64,000 nt of DNA from Crocinitomicaceae bacterium (GTDB taxonomy: Bacteria; Bacteroidota; Bacteroidia; Flavobacteriales_D; Crocinitomicaceae). Of the stretch, positions 21,299 to 31,242 are shown one piece after another. A program made the position numbers and the translations under genes. The notes under the pieces are model-generated. The model made no database searches. It saw nothing but the letters and a program-made list of their open reading frames with translations, and had not been told where the DNA came from. The stretch spans positions 62,216-126,215 of the forward strand of contig JBAYVD010000011.1 of the NCBI GenBank assembly GCA_041674745.1, read 5' to 3'. The number at the start of each line of letters is the position of its first letter. Position 1 is the stretch's first letter.

Positions 21299-22327
21299 AT
21301 GAAAAAAATTAAGTATTCCGTCTTAGAATTGGCGATCGTATCCAAAAACAATACCATCGACCAAACCTTGCACAACAGTCTTTGGTTGGCGCAAAAAGTA
21401 GAGGAAGTTGGTTATACGCGATTTTGGTTGGCGGAGCATCATAATTCAGATCATATCGGCAGTTCAGCTACTTCCATCTTAATTGGCTACATTGCTCAAG
21501 GAACCAAAACAATTCGCGTGGGTTCCGGCGGAATTATGTTACCGAATCATTCACCGCTCATTGTCTCAGAGCAGTTCGGAACTTTGGGATGGTTGTATCC
21601 GAATCGAATTGATTTAGGATTGGGTCGAGCCCCTGGAACCGATCAAGCCACGGCCACAGCTATTCGTTCCGATCAACGAAATGCAGCCTTTACTTTTCCT
21701 GAAAACATAGAAGAAATTCAGACGTATTTTTCCAAAGAAAATGCAACAGCCAAAGTACGAGCCACGGTTGCAGAAGGCGTAGCTATTCCACTTTATATTT
21801 TAGGTTCAAGTACGGATAGCGCTCATTTGGCGGCAAAAAAAGGATTGCCTTATGCTTTTGCGAGTCACTTCGCGACTTCCCATTTGTACAACGCTCTGCG
21901 CATTTACCGTGAAGAATTTCAACCATCGGCCCAACTTACATCTCCTTATACACTAGCGGGTGCAAATGTCATTGTCGCCGAAACCGACCAAGAAGCCGAA
22001 AAAATCTTCACTTCCCTGATTCGAATGATCGTCAGTTTGCTCACCGGAAAAAGAGATGCACTGCAAGCACCTACAGAAATGACCGAAGAACTGCGCGAAA
22101 TTGCAAAGCATCCTTCGGTACAAGAAATGTTACGATTTACCTTTGTTGGCAGTAAAGCAACTGTCAAAAAGCAAATAGAAGACTTTTTAGCAAGAACACA
22201 GGTGGACGAAATTATTGCCGTTACCAACATCTACAATGCAGAGGATCGAATAAAATCCTACATACTTTTTTCTGAAATTATGCAAGAAATCAATGAGCAA
22301 GAGCAAGAGGTCGCACGGATTGTTTAA
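21299..22327 (+). CDS. LLM-class (luciferase-like) flavin-dependent oxidoreductase
   Basis: GY.RFWLAEHHN...IGSSATSILIG.IA..T..IRVGSGGIMLPNHSPL.V.EQFGTL and DLGLGRAPGTD. Confidence 0.85.
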   Translation: MKKIKYSVLELAIVSKNNTIDQTLHNSLWLAQKVEEVGYTRFWLAEHHNSDHIGSSATSILIGYIAQGTKTIRVGSGGIMLPNHSPLIVSEQFGTLGWLYPNRIDLGLGRAPGTDQATATAIRSDQRNAAFTFPENIEEIQTYFSKENATAKVRATVAEGVAIPLYILGSSTDSAHLAAKKGLPYAFASHFATSHLYNALRIYREEFQPSAQLTSPYTLAGANVIVAETDQEAEKIFTSLIRMIVSLLTGKRDALQAPTEMTEELREIAKHPSVQEMLRFTFVGSKATVKKQIEDFLARTQVDEIIAVTNIYNAEDRIKSYILFSEIMQEINEQEQEVARIV

Positions 22328-22421
22328 AAAGCACCATTATACTGTCTAATTTCAGGATTAAACTGGTCAACTTCGGCAATTGTCGTAAATTTACGAACCG
22401 CAAAAAAATTATAACAAATAC

Positions 22422-22754
22422 ATGGAACAATCCGATTTTTTAGACCGACACGTTTTCTCCAATTTAAAAAGCACCACGGGTGGTGTAGAGACCGATCCAA
22501 TTTACTTCTTCTCAGAAGCCGATTTCTTGGTAGTTCTGGAGCGTGTGGAACATTTCGGAATTAGTATTTATACCATTGAACCTTTTTTGGACGGTAAATC
22601 TTATGGCATACAAACCAATGAAGATTTAAAGAAAAAAGCCACCGATGCCAAATGGTATGGAAAAGCTTTTGCCACTTACAAACATCGACAAGAAGGAATG
22701 TTGTATTCAGCCACTTACAAAGTTCCTGCAAAATTATTGGCACGCTATTCTTAG
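22422..22754 (+). CDS. Hypothetical protein
   Basis: 110-aa ORF in a coding-dense region. No family recognised. Confidence 0.45.
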   Translation: MEQSDFLDRHVFSNLKSTTGGVETDPIYFFSEADFLVVLERVEHFGISIYTIEPFLDGKSYGIQTNEDLKKKATDAKWYGKAFATYKHRQEGMLYSATYKVPAKLLARYS

Positions 22755-22822
22755 AATAAATTCGTGTTTAAGTGTGATTGAATTTTATTTTCATAAATTC
22801 GATTCCTTAAAAACAAGCAAGT

Positions 22823-23002
22823 ATGTCAGAAAAGAAGAATTCTAAGTCAGGCAACGAAATAGGAATTGGAGCTGCTCTGGGAGTTGCTTTCGGAGCCCTA
22901 TTTGGAAATTATTTCGGAAATTCTTCTAGAAATATTGCCCTAGGCATTTCAATAGGGGTGACTGTCGGCGCTATTTTTGAATACTTCAAAAACAAAAAGT
23001 AA
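22823..23002 (+). CDS. Small (59 aa) glycine-zipper membrane protein, absent from the ORF track
   Basis: Translated by hand: MSEKKNSKSGNEIGIGAALGVAFGALFGNYFGNSSRNIALGISIGVTVGAIFEYFKNKK. It has GxxxG repeats, fills an otherwise empty 278-nt gap, and is one residue below the track's apparent 60-aa cutoff. Confidence 0.5.
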   Translation: MSEKKNSKSGNEIGIGAALGVAFGALFGNYFGNSSRNIALGISIGVTVGAIFEYFKNKK

Positions 23003-23032
23003 ATTCCTTCAAAACTCCATTCTCTAAATCAA

Positions 23033-23539
23033 ATGATTAAACAGATCCTACTCCTTGTAATTCCCGTAGCACTGATGCGAATTACGACTAGTTGCGATTT
23101 GTTTCACAAAAAATCAAACACCATGGAAGAACCAACAAGCTCCGTATCGGCGAACGATACGACACCGAAAGTGATTGGAATAGGCGGGATTTTCTTTTTT
23201 ACGGACGATCCCAAAGCGACTAAAGAATGGTACAGCCAAAATTTAGGCATGGAGATCAATGATTGGGGATCCTCTAGTTTTGAATCCCGAGACATCAATC
23301 ATCCGGATACCATCCACTCGCTTCAGTGGACACCTTTCAAAACAGGAAGTGACTATTTTGAACCGTCCAAGAAGGATTTTATGATCAATTACCGCGTTCA
23401 AAACTTAGAAGGATTGGTCGAAAAATTGAAACAAAACGGCGCGAACATCTTGGATAGCATAGCTGTGTATGATTATGGTAAATTCGTTCACCTGATTGAC
23501 CCAGAAGGAAACAAAATCGAACTTTGGGAGCCAAAGTAA
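23033..23539 (+). CDS. VOC (glyoxalase/bleomycin-resistance) family lipoprotein
   Basis: Lipobox (ITTSC). GIGGIFFF.DDP.A...WY...LG and F.DPEGN.IELWEP motifs. Confidence 0.72.
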   Translation: MIKQILLLVIPVALMRITTSCDLFHKKSNTMEEPTSSVSANDTTPKVIGIGGIFFFTDDPKATKEWYSQNLGMEINDWGSSSFESRDINHPDTIHSLQWTPFKTGSDYFEPSKKDFMINYRVQNLEGLVEKLKQNGANILDSIAVYDYGKFVHLIDPEGNKIELWEPK

Positions 23540-23624
23540 CCGATCTGAAAAACTTTTTTCACAAAACAACCTTTGGTTGATTCAATTCATTTTTTCGTAT
23601 CTTGTTCTTTCAAATTTTTGAGAA

Positions 23625-24545
23625 ATGGCATCGAAAACTTTATTGCACGCACCGGAATTAACGCATGAACGATCGCTGAAAACGTTGGTGGAAAATCGCA
23701 CGGTTTTCTCTTTGGAGAATTGCGAATTGAATATTTTTGAAACCTACCAACAATCTACTTTGGTTCCGCTAAAATTCAATGATTTGGTTGTTACGAGCAT
23801 GTTGCGTGGTAAAAAAGTGATGCATCTATTCGATGAACCTGGTTTTGATTATTTGCCGGGCGAAACAGTGGTGATTCCCGCCAACGAAGTCATGAAAATT
23901 GATTTCCCAGAAGCAAAAAACAACAATCCAACCCAATGTTTGGCTTTGGCCATTGACCAAGCAAAAATCACCGAAACCTTGAATTTCCTCAACGAAAAAT
24001 ACCCGAAAGAAGGGAAAAATAAGATGTGGCAGTTGAATTCAGAAAATTACTTTTTCTACAACAATGTAGATTTAGCTAGTACGATCAACAAATTGGTAAA
24101 GGAATGCATGAGCACGAATTTGACCAAAGATGCTATCGCGGATTTAACTTTGCAAGAATTGTTGATTCGAATTATTCAATCGCAAACGGCCAAATCAGCC
24201 GAACAAGGCAATTACATCGATATCGATAGCCCAATTCAACATGTGGTGGAATACATTCACAACAATTTGAACGAAAGAATTCAATTGAAAACATTGAGTG
24301 AACAAGCCGGAATGAGCAATACCTCGTTTTATCGGTATTTCAAACGTGAATTGGGTATGAGTCCCATTGAGTTTGTGCTCAACGAGAAAATAAAGTGCGC
24401 CAAACAATTGCTCCGCGACCAAGGTTTGCACATCAACGAAGTCGGGTATTTAGCAGGATTTGAAGATTGTAATTATTTTATTCGCTTGTTCAAAAAGCAC
24501 GAAGGTATCACGCCAAAACAATATCAATTGTTGTACATCAATTAA
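23625..24545 (+). CDS. AraC family transcriptional regulator
   Basis: C-terminal double HTH: L..L...AGMS...F.R.FK...G.SP..F....KI..A..LL......I.EV.Y..GF.D.NYF.R.FKK..G.TP..Y. Confidence 0.85.
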   Translation: MASKTLLHAPELTHERSLKTLVENRTVFSLENCELNIFETYQQSTLVPLKFNDLVVTSMLRGKKVMHLFDEPGFDYLPGETVVIPANEVMKIDFPEAKNNNPTQCLALAIDQAKITETLNFLNEKYPKEGKNKMWQLNSENYFFYNNVDLASTINKLVKECMSTNLTKDAIADLTLQELLIRIIQSQTAKSAEQGNYIDIDSPIQHVVEYIHNNLNERIQLKTLSEQAGMSNTSFYRYFKRELGMSPIEFVLNEKIKCAKQLLRDQGLHINEVGYLAGFEDCNYFIRLFKKHEGITPKQYQLLYIN

Positions 24546-24916
24546 TCTTCTACAAATTTCAGGGGCGTCAATTGTGTCAATTCTTCGTCGGTAAACATCC
24601 GTGATTGGGTCAAAAATCGGAAACCCAAGGGAATCTCCAATGAAAAACTAGAACCCATTCCTTTTACGACATGAATCGTTAAGTGAGTGTATTTCCAATA
24701 TTCGAATTGGTCTTTGTTCATCCAAAACTCACAGCCTTCAATTTCACCCAAACAAACGTCACTTTGTCCCAAGCGAAAATCTCCTTTTTCGAAACACATC
24801 GGTTGTGAACCATCGCAGCATCCGCCACTTTGATGAAACATCAATTCGCCATATTTTTCTTTGAGCTGATGGATCAAAGCAATGGCTTCTGGGGTGATGG
24901 ATACGCGGTTTGTCAT
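24542..24916 (-). CDS. DUF779 domain-containing protein
   Basis: V..TPEA..LI..L...YG.LMFHQSGGCCDGS.PMC...G.F..G..DV.LG.I.G..F.M. Lies directly downstream of an aldehyde dehydrogenase, as is typical. Start set at the ATG at 24916. Confidence 0.85.
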   Translation of the reverse strand: MTNRVSITPEAIALIHQLKEKYGELMFHQSGGCCDGSQPMCFEKGDFRLGQSDVCLGEIEGCEFWMNKDQFEYWKYTHLTIHVVKGMGSSFSLEIPLGFRFLTQSRMFTDEELTQLTPLKFVED

Positions 24917-25021
24917 GGTGTTTTTGATATTTTTGTTCTGGATTTGTTTTAGTCTACTGATAAACAAGAATTTTACCTTTTAAATTTGCAAACCTCCCCC
25001 TTGATCCCCCTCCAAAGGGGG

Positions 25022-25067
25022 AAAATAAAAAGGCCAAAGCCTGACTAAGGGAAAATCAGGCTTTGGC
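25022..25067 (-). terminator. Rho-independent terminator of the aldehyde dehydrogenase gene
   Basis: 12-bp perfect stem GCCAAAGCCTGA / TCAGGCTTTGGC followed, on the minus strand, by CTTTTTATTTT. Confidence 0.65.
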
Positions 25068-25085
25068 ACAATCATTTGATCTAAA

Positions 25086-26588
25086 TCAAAAGAAACCTAA
25101 CTTGTTTTTATCGTAAGAGATCAACATGTTTTTTGTTTGCGTGTAATGCGCCAACATCATTTTGTGATTTTCTCTACCGAATCCTGATTTTTTATATCCT
25201 CCAAAAGAGGCATGAGCTGGATAAGCGTGGTAATTGTTTACCCAAACGCGTCCTGCTTGAATTGCACGTGGAACTTGGTACAATTCATGCGCGTCACGTG
25301 TCCAAACACCTGCACCCAACCCATACATCGTATCGTTCGCAATTTCAATGGCTTCTTCCACTGTTTTAAAAGTTGTAACGCAGGTTACTGGTCCAAAAAT
25401 TTCTTCTTGGAAAATACGCATTTTGTTGTGTCCTTTGAAAATAGTTGGTTGGATGTAAAAGCCATCCGCCAATTCACCTTCCAAATGGTTTACTTCACCA
25501 CCGCAAAGAACTTCCGCTCCTTCTTCTTTACCAATTTTCAAATACGATTGAATTTTCTCGTATTGGTCGTTAGACGATTGAGCACCCATCATCGTAGACC
25601 CGTCCAATGGATGGCCCATTTTGATAGCGTTGGTGCGCTCAATAACGCGGGTCATGAATTTTTCATAAATGTCTTCTTGTACCAAAATTCGAGACGGACA
25701 AGTACAAACTTCACCTTGATTCAAGGCAAACAAAACTGCGCCTTCAATCGCTTTATCAAAGAATGCATCATCTTCATCTGCAACAGAGGAGAAGAAAATA
25801 TTCGGTGATTTCCCGCCCAATTCCATGGTAACGGGTATCAAGTTTTCAGAAGCATATTGCATGATTAAACGACCTGTAGTAGTTTCACCTGTAAAAGATA
25901 CTTTCGCTACACGATCCGATTGCGCCAATGGTTTACCTGCTTCCAATCCGAAACCGGTAATCACATTCAAAACGCCTGCTGGTAATAAATCTTGAATCAA
26001 TTCCAAAAGAATCATAATCGACGTTGGCGTTTGTTCCGCTGGTTTTACTACACAGCAGTTACCAGCTGCTAAAGCAGGAGCAATTTTCCAAGTCGCCATC
26101 AAAAGAGGAAAGTTCCAAGGAATGATTTGTCCTACAACACCCAAAGGCTCGTTCAAACAAATGCTTACCGTGTTTTCGTCATGTTCTGAAATTCCACTTT
26201 CATCTGCGCGAATAACACCAGCAAAATAGCGGAAATGGTCAATTACCAACGGTAAATCAGCTGCTCTAGTTTCACGAATCGCTTTCCCGTTGTCAATTGC
26301 TTCAACAATTGCAAGGTATTCTAGATTTTCTTCTATTCGATCAGCAATTTTGTTCAATACACTGCTTCGGTAGGCTGCAGATGATTTTCCCCATGTTTTA
26401 AAAGCCAAATGTGCCGCATCCAGAGCCGCATCCACATCTTCTTTCGTCGAACGTGCCGCGCTTGTAAACACTTTTCCATCAATTGGAGAAATGTTATCAA
26501 AGTATTCTCCTTTGATTGGAGCAACAAATTTGCCCCCAATAAAATTACCGTATTTTGCCTTAAATTCAGGTCTTTGTGCTATACTCAT
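25086..26588 (-). CDS. NAD(P)-dependent aldehyde dehydrogenase
   Basis: [10 protein letters not shown]....A..R......IA, FTGET..G, the catalytic ELGGKSP and EVCTCPSR, and PFGGYK.SG.GRE. Start set at MSIAQRPEF (26588). Confidence 0.9.
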   Translation of the reverse strand: MSIAQRPEFKAKYGNFIGGKFVAPIKGEYFDNISPIDGKVFTSAARSTKEDVDAALDAAHLAFKTWGKSSAAYRSSVLNKIADRIEENLEYLAIVEAIDNGKAIRETRAADLPLVIDHFRYFAGVIRADESGISEHDENTVSICLNEPLGVVGQIIPWNFPLLMATWKIAPALAAGNCCVVKPAEQTPTSIMILLELIQDLLPAGVLNVITGFGLEAGKPLAQSDRVAKVSFTGETTTGRLIMQYASENLIPVTMELGGKSPNIFFSSVADEDDAFFDKAIEGAVLFALNQGEVCTCPSRILVQEDIYEKFMTRVIERTNAIKMGHPLDGSTMMGAQSSNDQYEKIQSYLKIGKEEGAEVLCGGEVNHLEGELADGFYIQPTIFKGHNKMRIFQEEIFGPVTCVTTFKTVEEAIEIANDTMYGLGAGVWTRDAHELYQVPRAIQAGRVWVNNYHAYPAHASFGGYKKSGFGRENHKMMLAHYTQTKNMLISYDKNKLGFF

Positions 26589-26728
26589 AGTTACTTGTTT
26601 TAGTATTCCTAAAACCAAAAGTATCCGCGAAGTCAAAAAAGGAATAGCACAATTTGACCAAATGATAGCACAAAAAAGTTTCGAAGTAGAAAGTCGCAGC
26701 AGGAAACCTACCTTTTCCTGAATTAAGG

Positions 26729-27385
26729 TTAGATTTTATTTTTAGTCAACTGAATGCGCACACCATCTTTCATGAGTGTTTCGTCTCCATAATAATTCCA
26801 TTCATCCTCTACTGGATAGCTGAATTGAATCGTAGTGATATATTTTGACTCTGACTTTTTAATCAGTTCCGCTAAGTTTAAACACAAAGCATCATAAACA
26901 TAGTTCATATACTTTTTCTTTTCACTGGCAGTATCCGGATTCAAACTGGTTAATTTTTGACTGAGCAAACTTAAGTTCACATGACTTTCTAGTAAGTCTA
27001 TTAGTTCTTTGACGCTTCCCCCATTTTTACTTTTAAAGAAAAAAAGGGCAACATTCAAAGAATCCACTACTTTTTTTTGAGCAAACAAAGTTCGGTTCGA
27101 AAGCGGTTTTGGATTACCAGGATTCAGTAAAAACGGCTGTTTAGTGAAGGTAAAATTCAAACGAGGATAAATGGTTGGATTCATCCCTGAATAATCCCAG
27201 GCAATGGAGACCATATGTATGTGCTCCTTTCTGCCTAAAAAATGGTTGATAAAACCGCCGAAATCAGGATGCAAAGTAATTTCCGATAAGGAAAGCGACC
27301 AGGATTCATTGGAAGTATCCAATTGTTTTCTGAAATTTCGAAAATTGATCAGATGAGCATCAGTAGTAAGTTGAGTTTCCATCAT
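26729..27385 (-). CDS. Hypothetical protein
   Basis: 218-aa ORF with no signal peptide or recognisable motif. Confidence 0.45.
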   Translation of the reverse strand: MMETQLTTDAHLINFRNFRKQLDTSNESWSLSLSEITLHPDFGGFINHFLGRKEHIHMVSIAWDYSGMNPTIYPRLNFTFTKQPFLLNPGNPKPLSNRTLFAQKKVVDSLNVALFFFKSKNGGSVKELIDLLESHVNLSLLSQKLTSLNPDTASEKKKYMNYVYDALCLNLAELIKKSESKYITTIQFSYPVEDEWNYYGDETLMKDGVRIQLTKNKI

Positions 27386-27470
27386 TTTTATTTCAAACTT
27401 AACGATTATAGTTGATGGAATTTACAACAAACTTTGGTGATTTTTCCCGAGAATTTGGGGTTTTCCCCAT

Positions 27471-27504
27471 AAAAAAAAGTGACCCATTTGGACCACTTTT
27501 TTTT
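27471..27504 (-). terminator. Possible purL terminator
   Basis: An imperfect hairpin (AAGTGACCC..GGACCACTT) flanked by A/T runs just downstream of the purL stop. Confidence 0.35.
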
Positions 27505-27521
27505 AAAAAATATTCTAGTGA

Positions 27522-29759
27522 TTAAGCTTCCAAACGTTTGCCTAATGCATTGTCATAGATTTCTTTCGCTTCATGGATAAATCCAAAATGGTAATCATCC
27601 ACGGTCATTTTTCCTTTGGTAACGTGTCCTAGCAAAGTAAAGTTCACGCCAGATTCAATCATGAATTCAATGAAATCTTCTTCTTTGTCTTCTTCAACCG
27701 TTACTACTACTCTACTTTGAGATTCTCCAAACAAGAATGCATCTTCTCTGATTTCGGCATCTGTTACAATATCAAATCCTAAATTTCGAGGAGCAGACAT
27801 TTCGTACAAGGTAATGAACAAACCACCATCGGCACAATCGTGTACAGCGTTAACTATTTCGTTCGCAATTAATCCTTTTACTTTCTCTTGTAATTCAAAT
27901 TCTTTGTCCAAATCAAAGAAAGGTGCTGGAGACTCTTTTACACCGTGGTAACTTACCAAGTATTCAGAAGAAGAAATATCGTTATGTGAATCGCCCAAAA
28001 TAAAAATCAAATCTCCTTTTTGTTTGAAATCCAAACTCATCACTTTGTCTTTGTCCTCCAAAATTCCAATCATTCCAATCGTAGGCGTTGGGAAAACCGG
28101 GATTTCAACTCCATCTATGGATGTTTGGTTGTAGAATGAAACGTTTCCACCGGTTACTGGTGTCGAGAATTTCAAACACGCTTTTGACATTCCTTTGATC
28201 GCCCCAACAAATTGCCAGAAGGATTCTGGATTGTATGGATTTCCAAAGTTCAAACAATTTGTAATCGCAGATGGAACACCACCCGAACAGACAATGTTTC
28301 TTGCTGCTTCTGAAACCGCGATTTGCGTTCCAACTTCCGGATCCGCATGTACGTAACGGGAATTGCAATCCACCGTCATCGCTAAAGCTTTGTTGGTTCC
28401 TTTGATATTTACGACACCTGCATCCGAAGGACGGTTCGTTGTCATGGTTCTTGTTCCAACCATGGAATCGTATTGTTCGTACACCCATCGTTTGGATGCA
28501 ATGTTTGGATGTGCCAACAAAGTATTCGCTACCGCCACTAAATCTTCTGGTTGAGGAACGGAATCAATGTTAAATTTTTTGTATTCTTGGAAGTAAGCTG
28601 GTTCTTTGTATTCTCGTTCGTAAACGGGAGCACCGCCACCCAAAACCAAGGATTCAGCTGGAACGTCGCCTACCAATTCACCATTCATGAAATAACGAAC
28701 TTGCGTGGAATCTGTAACAACTCCAATTTCCTCTGCATGCAAATCCCATTTATCGAAAATGCGTTTCACTTCTTCTTCGTGTCCTTTGTTTACGACTACC
28801 AACATTCGCTCTTGCGATTCTGAAAGCAAAATCTCATACGGTAACATATTATCTTGGCGTGTTGGAACGCGGTCCAAATGAACATCCATTCCGACATTAC
28901 CACCTGCACTCATTTCACATGAAGAACAAGTAATTCCTGCCGCACCCATGTCTTGCATTCCTGCAACTGCGTCGGTTGTCAGCAACTCCATGGTTGCTTC
29001 CAATAACAATTTTTCCATAAATGGATCACCCACTTGTACAGATGGCAAATCCGATGCAGATTCTTCTGTAATATCTTTTGAAGCGAACGCGGCACCTGCA
29101 ATTCCGTCTTTTCCTGTAGAAGAACCTACAATGAAAACCGGGTTGCCGGGTCCTTTAGATTTCGCTGAAATAATCTTTTTAGAGTCGATGATTCCTGCAG
29201 AGAAAGCATTCACCAAAGGATTTGTGTTGTAGGAATCATCGAAGAAAACTTCTCCTCCAACGATTGGAATACCAAACGCATTTCCATAATCGCCAATTCC
29301 TTTTGTAACACCTTTCACCAACCACTTTGTGCGGTCGCGATCGATGTTTCCAAAACGAAGGGAATTCAATTGAGCAATGGGACGAGCACCCATTGTGAAA
29401 ATATCACGGTTGATACCACCAACACCCGTTGCCGCGCCTTGATACGGCTCCAATGCACTTGGGTGATTGTGTGATTCGATTTTAAATGCGCAACCCAAAC
29501 CATCTCCGATATCGACCAATCCAGCATTTTCTTCACCGGCTTTCACCAACATATGTGGACCATCTTTGGGCAATTGTTTCAACCAAAAAATCGAGTTTTT
29601 ATACGAGCAATGTTCCGACCACATGACAGAATAAACGGCCGTTTCTGTAAAATTGGGTGTACGACCCAAAATCTCTTTGATTTTATCAAATTCATCAGGT
29701 CTTAAGCCTAATTCTACTGCTTGTTCTAGTGTTGCTTCTTTTTGTAATGTGCTTTCCAT
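27522..29759 (-). CDS. purL: Phosphoribosylformylglycinamidine synthase subunit PurL
   Basis: SEHCSYK, ESHNHPS, GA.TGVGG..RD and DCLNFGNP motifs, about 745 aa. The start at 29759 (MESTLQKE) is preferred over 29789 but remains uncertain. Confidence 0.92.
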   Translation of the reverse strand: MESTLQKEATLEQAVELGLRPDEFDKIKEILGRTPNFTETAVYSVMWSEHCSYKNSIFWLKQLPKDGPHMLVKAGEENAGLVDIGDGLGCAFKIESHNHPSALEPYQGAATGVGGINRDIFTMGARPIAQLNSLRFGNIDRDRTKWLVKGVTKGIGDYGNAFGIPIVGGEVFFDDSYNTNPLVNAFSAGIIDSKKIISAKSKGPGNPVFIVGSSTGKDGIAGAAFASKDITEESASDLPSVQVGDPFMEKLLLEATMELLTTDAVAGMQDMGAAGITCSSCEMSAGGNVGMDVHLDRVPTRQDNMLPYEILLSESQERMLVVVNKGHEEEVKRIFDKWDLHAEEIGVVTDSTQVRYFMNGELVGDVPAESLVLGGGAPVYEREYKEPAYFQEYKKFNIDSVPQPEDLVAVANTLLAHPNIASKRWVYEQYDSMVGTRTMTTNRPSDAGVVNIKGTNKALAMTVDCNSRYVHADPEVGTQIAVSEAARNIVCSGGVPSAITNCLNFGNPYNPESFWQFVGAIKGMSKACLKFSTPVTGGNVSFYNQTSIDGVEIPVFPTPTIGMIGILEDKDKVMSLDFKQKGDLIFILGDSHNDISSSEYLVSYHGVKESPAPFFDLDKEFELQEKVKGLIANEIVNAVHDCADGGLFITLYEMSAPRNLGFDIVTDAEIREDAFLFGESQSRVVVTVEEDKEEDFIEFMIESGVNFTLLGHVTKGKMTVDDYHFGFIHEAKEIYDNALGKRLEA

Positions 29760-29875
29760 AACGCTCGATTGAGGTGCAAAATTAATCAAATTATCTGTGA
29801 AAGGAAGGACTAGTTTTCACGAATAAGAGAAGTTTTTCACACATCTATGGTTCTAACTTCTGGTGTTGAGTAGAT

Positions 29876-30262
29876 ATTTCATCCCGATGGGATTCGGATT
29901 CGGGGTACGCATTTTGGGATTAGATACATTGCATCCCGATGGGATTTCATTTTGAGTGAGAATTTCATGTCTCTCAGATTTCATCTCGATGGGATTCAGA
30001 TTTATAGTTAGCGCTTTGAGCCTTGGCACATTTCATCCCTATGGGATTCGGATTCGAGGTAATCATTTTGAGATTAGATACATTACATCCCGATGGGATT
30101 TCATTTTGAGTGAGAATTTAATGCCTTTTAGATTTCATCCCGATTGGATTCAGATTTATAGTTAGCGCTTTGAGCCTTGGCACATTTCATCCCGATGTGA
30201 TTCGGATTCGGGGTACGCATATTGGGATTAAATACATTACATCCCGATGGGATTTCATTTTG
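29876..30262. repeat. REP/BIME-like array: 154-bp composite unit repeated about 2.5 times (units start at 29876, 30030 and 30184)
   Basis: Each unit holds three copies of the hairpin core CATCCCGATGGGATT (stem ATCCC/GGGAT, loop GAT) in three flank contexts (A, B, C). The units align nearly base-for-base. Confidence 0.85.
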
Positions 30263-30399
30263 AAACCAAGTCCTGTAAGGACGATATCCTTTAACCACAA
30301 AAGCTTCCCAACGCAGCAAAAGTCCCAGCGGGACGACATATTTTGCCTAAATTTTAGAAATAGAACTGATAAATCTTGCTTTAAATCAACTTTTGAAAT
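30263..30399. repeat. About 137-bp repeat module D, copy 1
   Basis: AAACCAAGTCCTGTAAGGACGATATCC...AGTCCCAGCGGGACGAC...AAATCTTGCTTTAAATCAACTTTTGAAAT, repeated at 30573-30733. Contains two further 5-bp-stem, 3-nt-loop hairpins (GTCCTgtaAGGAC and GTCCCagcGGGAC). Confidence 0.85.
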
Positions 30400-30572
30400 T
30401 ACATCCCGATGGGATTTCATTGTTTTTTTTAGACCGTGTTGATTTCAGCCCAATGGGATTCGGATTTGAGGTAAGCATTTTGAGATTAGATGCATTTCAT
30501 CCCGATGGGATTCGGATTCGGGGTAAGCATTTTGAGATTAGATACATTACATCTCGATGGGATTTCATTGGT
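30400..30572. repeat. Four more copies of the CATCCCGATGGGATT-type hairpin repeat
   Basis: Cores lie near 30401, 30448, 30498 and 30550, some with 1-3 substitutions. Confidence 0.8.
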
Positions 30573-30733
30573 AAACCAAGTCCTGTAAGGACGATATCCT
30601 TGTAACCACAAAAACCTCCCAACTCGCAAAAGTCCCAGCGGGACGACATATTTTGCCGAAATTTTAGAAATAGAACTGATAAATCTTGCTTTAAATCTTG
30701 CTTTAAATCTTGCTTTAAATCAACTTTTGAAAT
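30573..30733. repeat. Repeat module D, copy 2, immediately upstream of the Y1 transposase gene
   Basis: About 90% identical by eye to 30263-30399, but with the 12-bp unit AAATCTTGCTTT present three times instead of once. Confidence 0.85.
30681..30716. repeat. 12-bp tandem repeat (AAATCTTGCTTT) x3
   Basis: Three perfect tandem copies. A single copy sits at the equivalent position in module D copy 1 (30371-30382). Confidence 0.9.
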
Positions 30734-30765
30734 AACTTAAAGTGAAAATTTTAAAATACTACTAA

Positions 30766-31233
30766 ATGGCGAACACCTATACCCAGATTTACATGCAATT
30801 TGTTTGCGTGGTAAAGTATCGAAGCAACCTGATCCATACATCATGGAAAGTTGAACTATACAAATATATTACCGGCATTGTTGAAGCGAAAGGTCATAAA
30901 CTTTTAGCAATTAATGGAATGCCGGATCACCTGCATATATTGATTTCGATGAAGCCCCATCAATCTACTTCTGAACTTTGTCAAGTAATCAAAGCAAATT
31001 CATCACGTTGGATTAATGAACGGAAATTTACTCGATCGAAATTCGAATGGCAAAGTGGTTTTGGCGCTTTTTCATATTCAAAATCACACGTATCGAGCGT
31101 TGCAACGTATATTCATAATCAAGAAATTCATCACGCCAAAAAGACTTTTCACAAAGAGTATCAGGAATTTCTAATAGAACATGAGATTGATTTTGATGAG
31201 AACTATACTTTTCATGAACCTTTGGATGAGTAG
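30766..31233 (+). CDS. HUH/Y1 tyrosine transposase, REP-associated (RAYT) / IS200-IS605 TnpA-like
   Basis: 155 aa. HUH motif in PDHLHILIS, FEWQSGFGAFSYS, and the catalytic Tyr context VATYIHNQEIHH. Single gene with no TnpB, flanked on both sides by the hairpin repeat. Confidence 0.8.
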   Translation: MANTYTQIYMQFVCVVKYRSNLIHTSWKVELYKYITGIVEAKGHKLLAINGMPDHLHILISMKPHQSTSELCQVIKANSSRWINERKFTRSKFEWQSGFGAFSYSKSHVSSVATYIHNQEIHHAKKTFHKEYQEFLIEHEIDFDENYTFHEPLDE

Positions 31234-31242
31234 GAGATGTAT

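Noticed and set aside
24983-24990. TAAATTTG -7-like box on the plus strand
   Set aside because: No plus-strand gene lies downstream, since the next genes are on the minus strand, so this is probably a chance match in AT-rich spacer.
29956-30605. Several 60-90-aa ORFs on both strands with repetitive peptides (for example FHPDGIRIRG.HFEIRYITSRWDFI)
   Set aside because: They are translations of the hairpin-repeat array. The similar peptides only reflect the DNA repeat, and there is no start or RBS context or coding-like composition.
29876-30745. Regularly spaced short repeats that could at first glance be a CRISPR array
   Set aside because: The repeat core is only about 15 nt. The 'spacers' are themselves repeated (154-bp and 137-bp super-units). 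No cas genes are present, and a Y1 transposase gene is adjacent, so REP/BIME-like elements explain it better.
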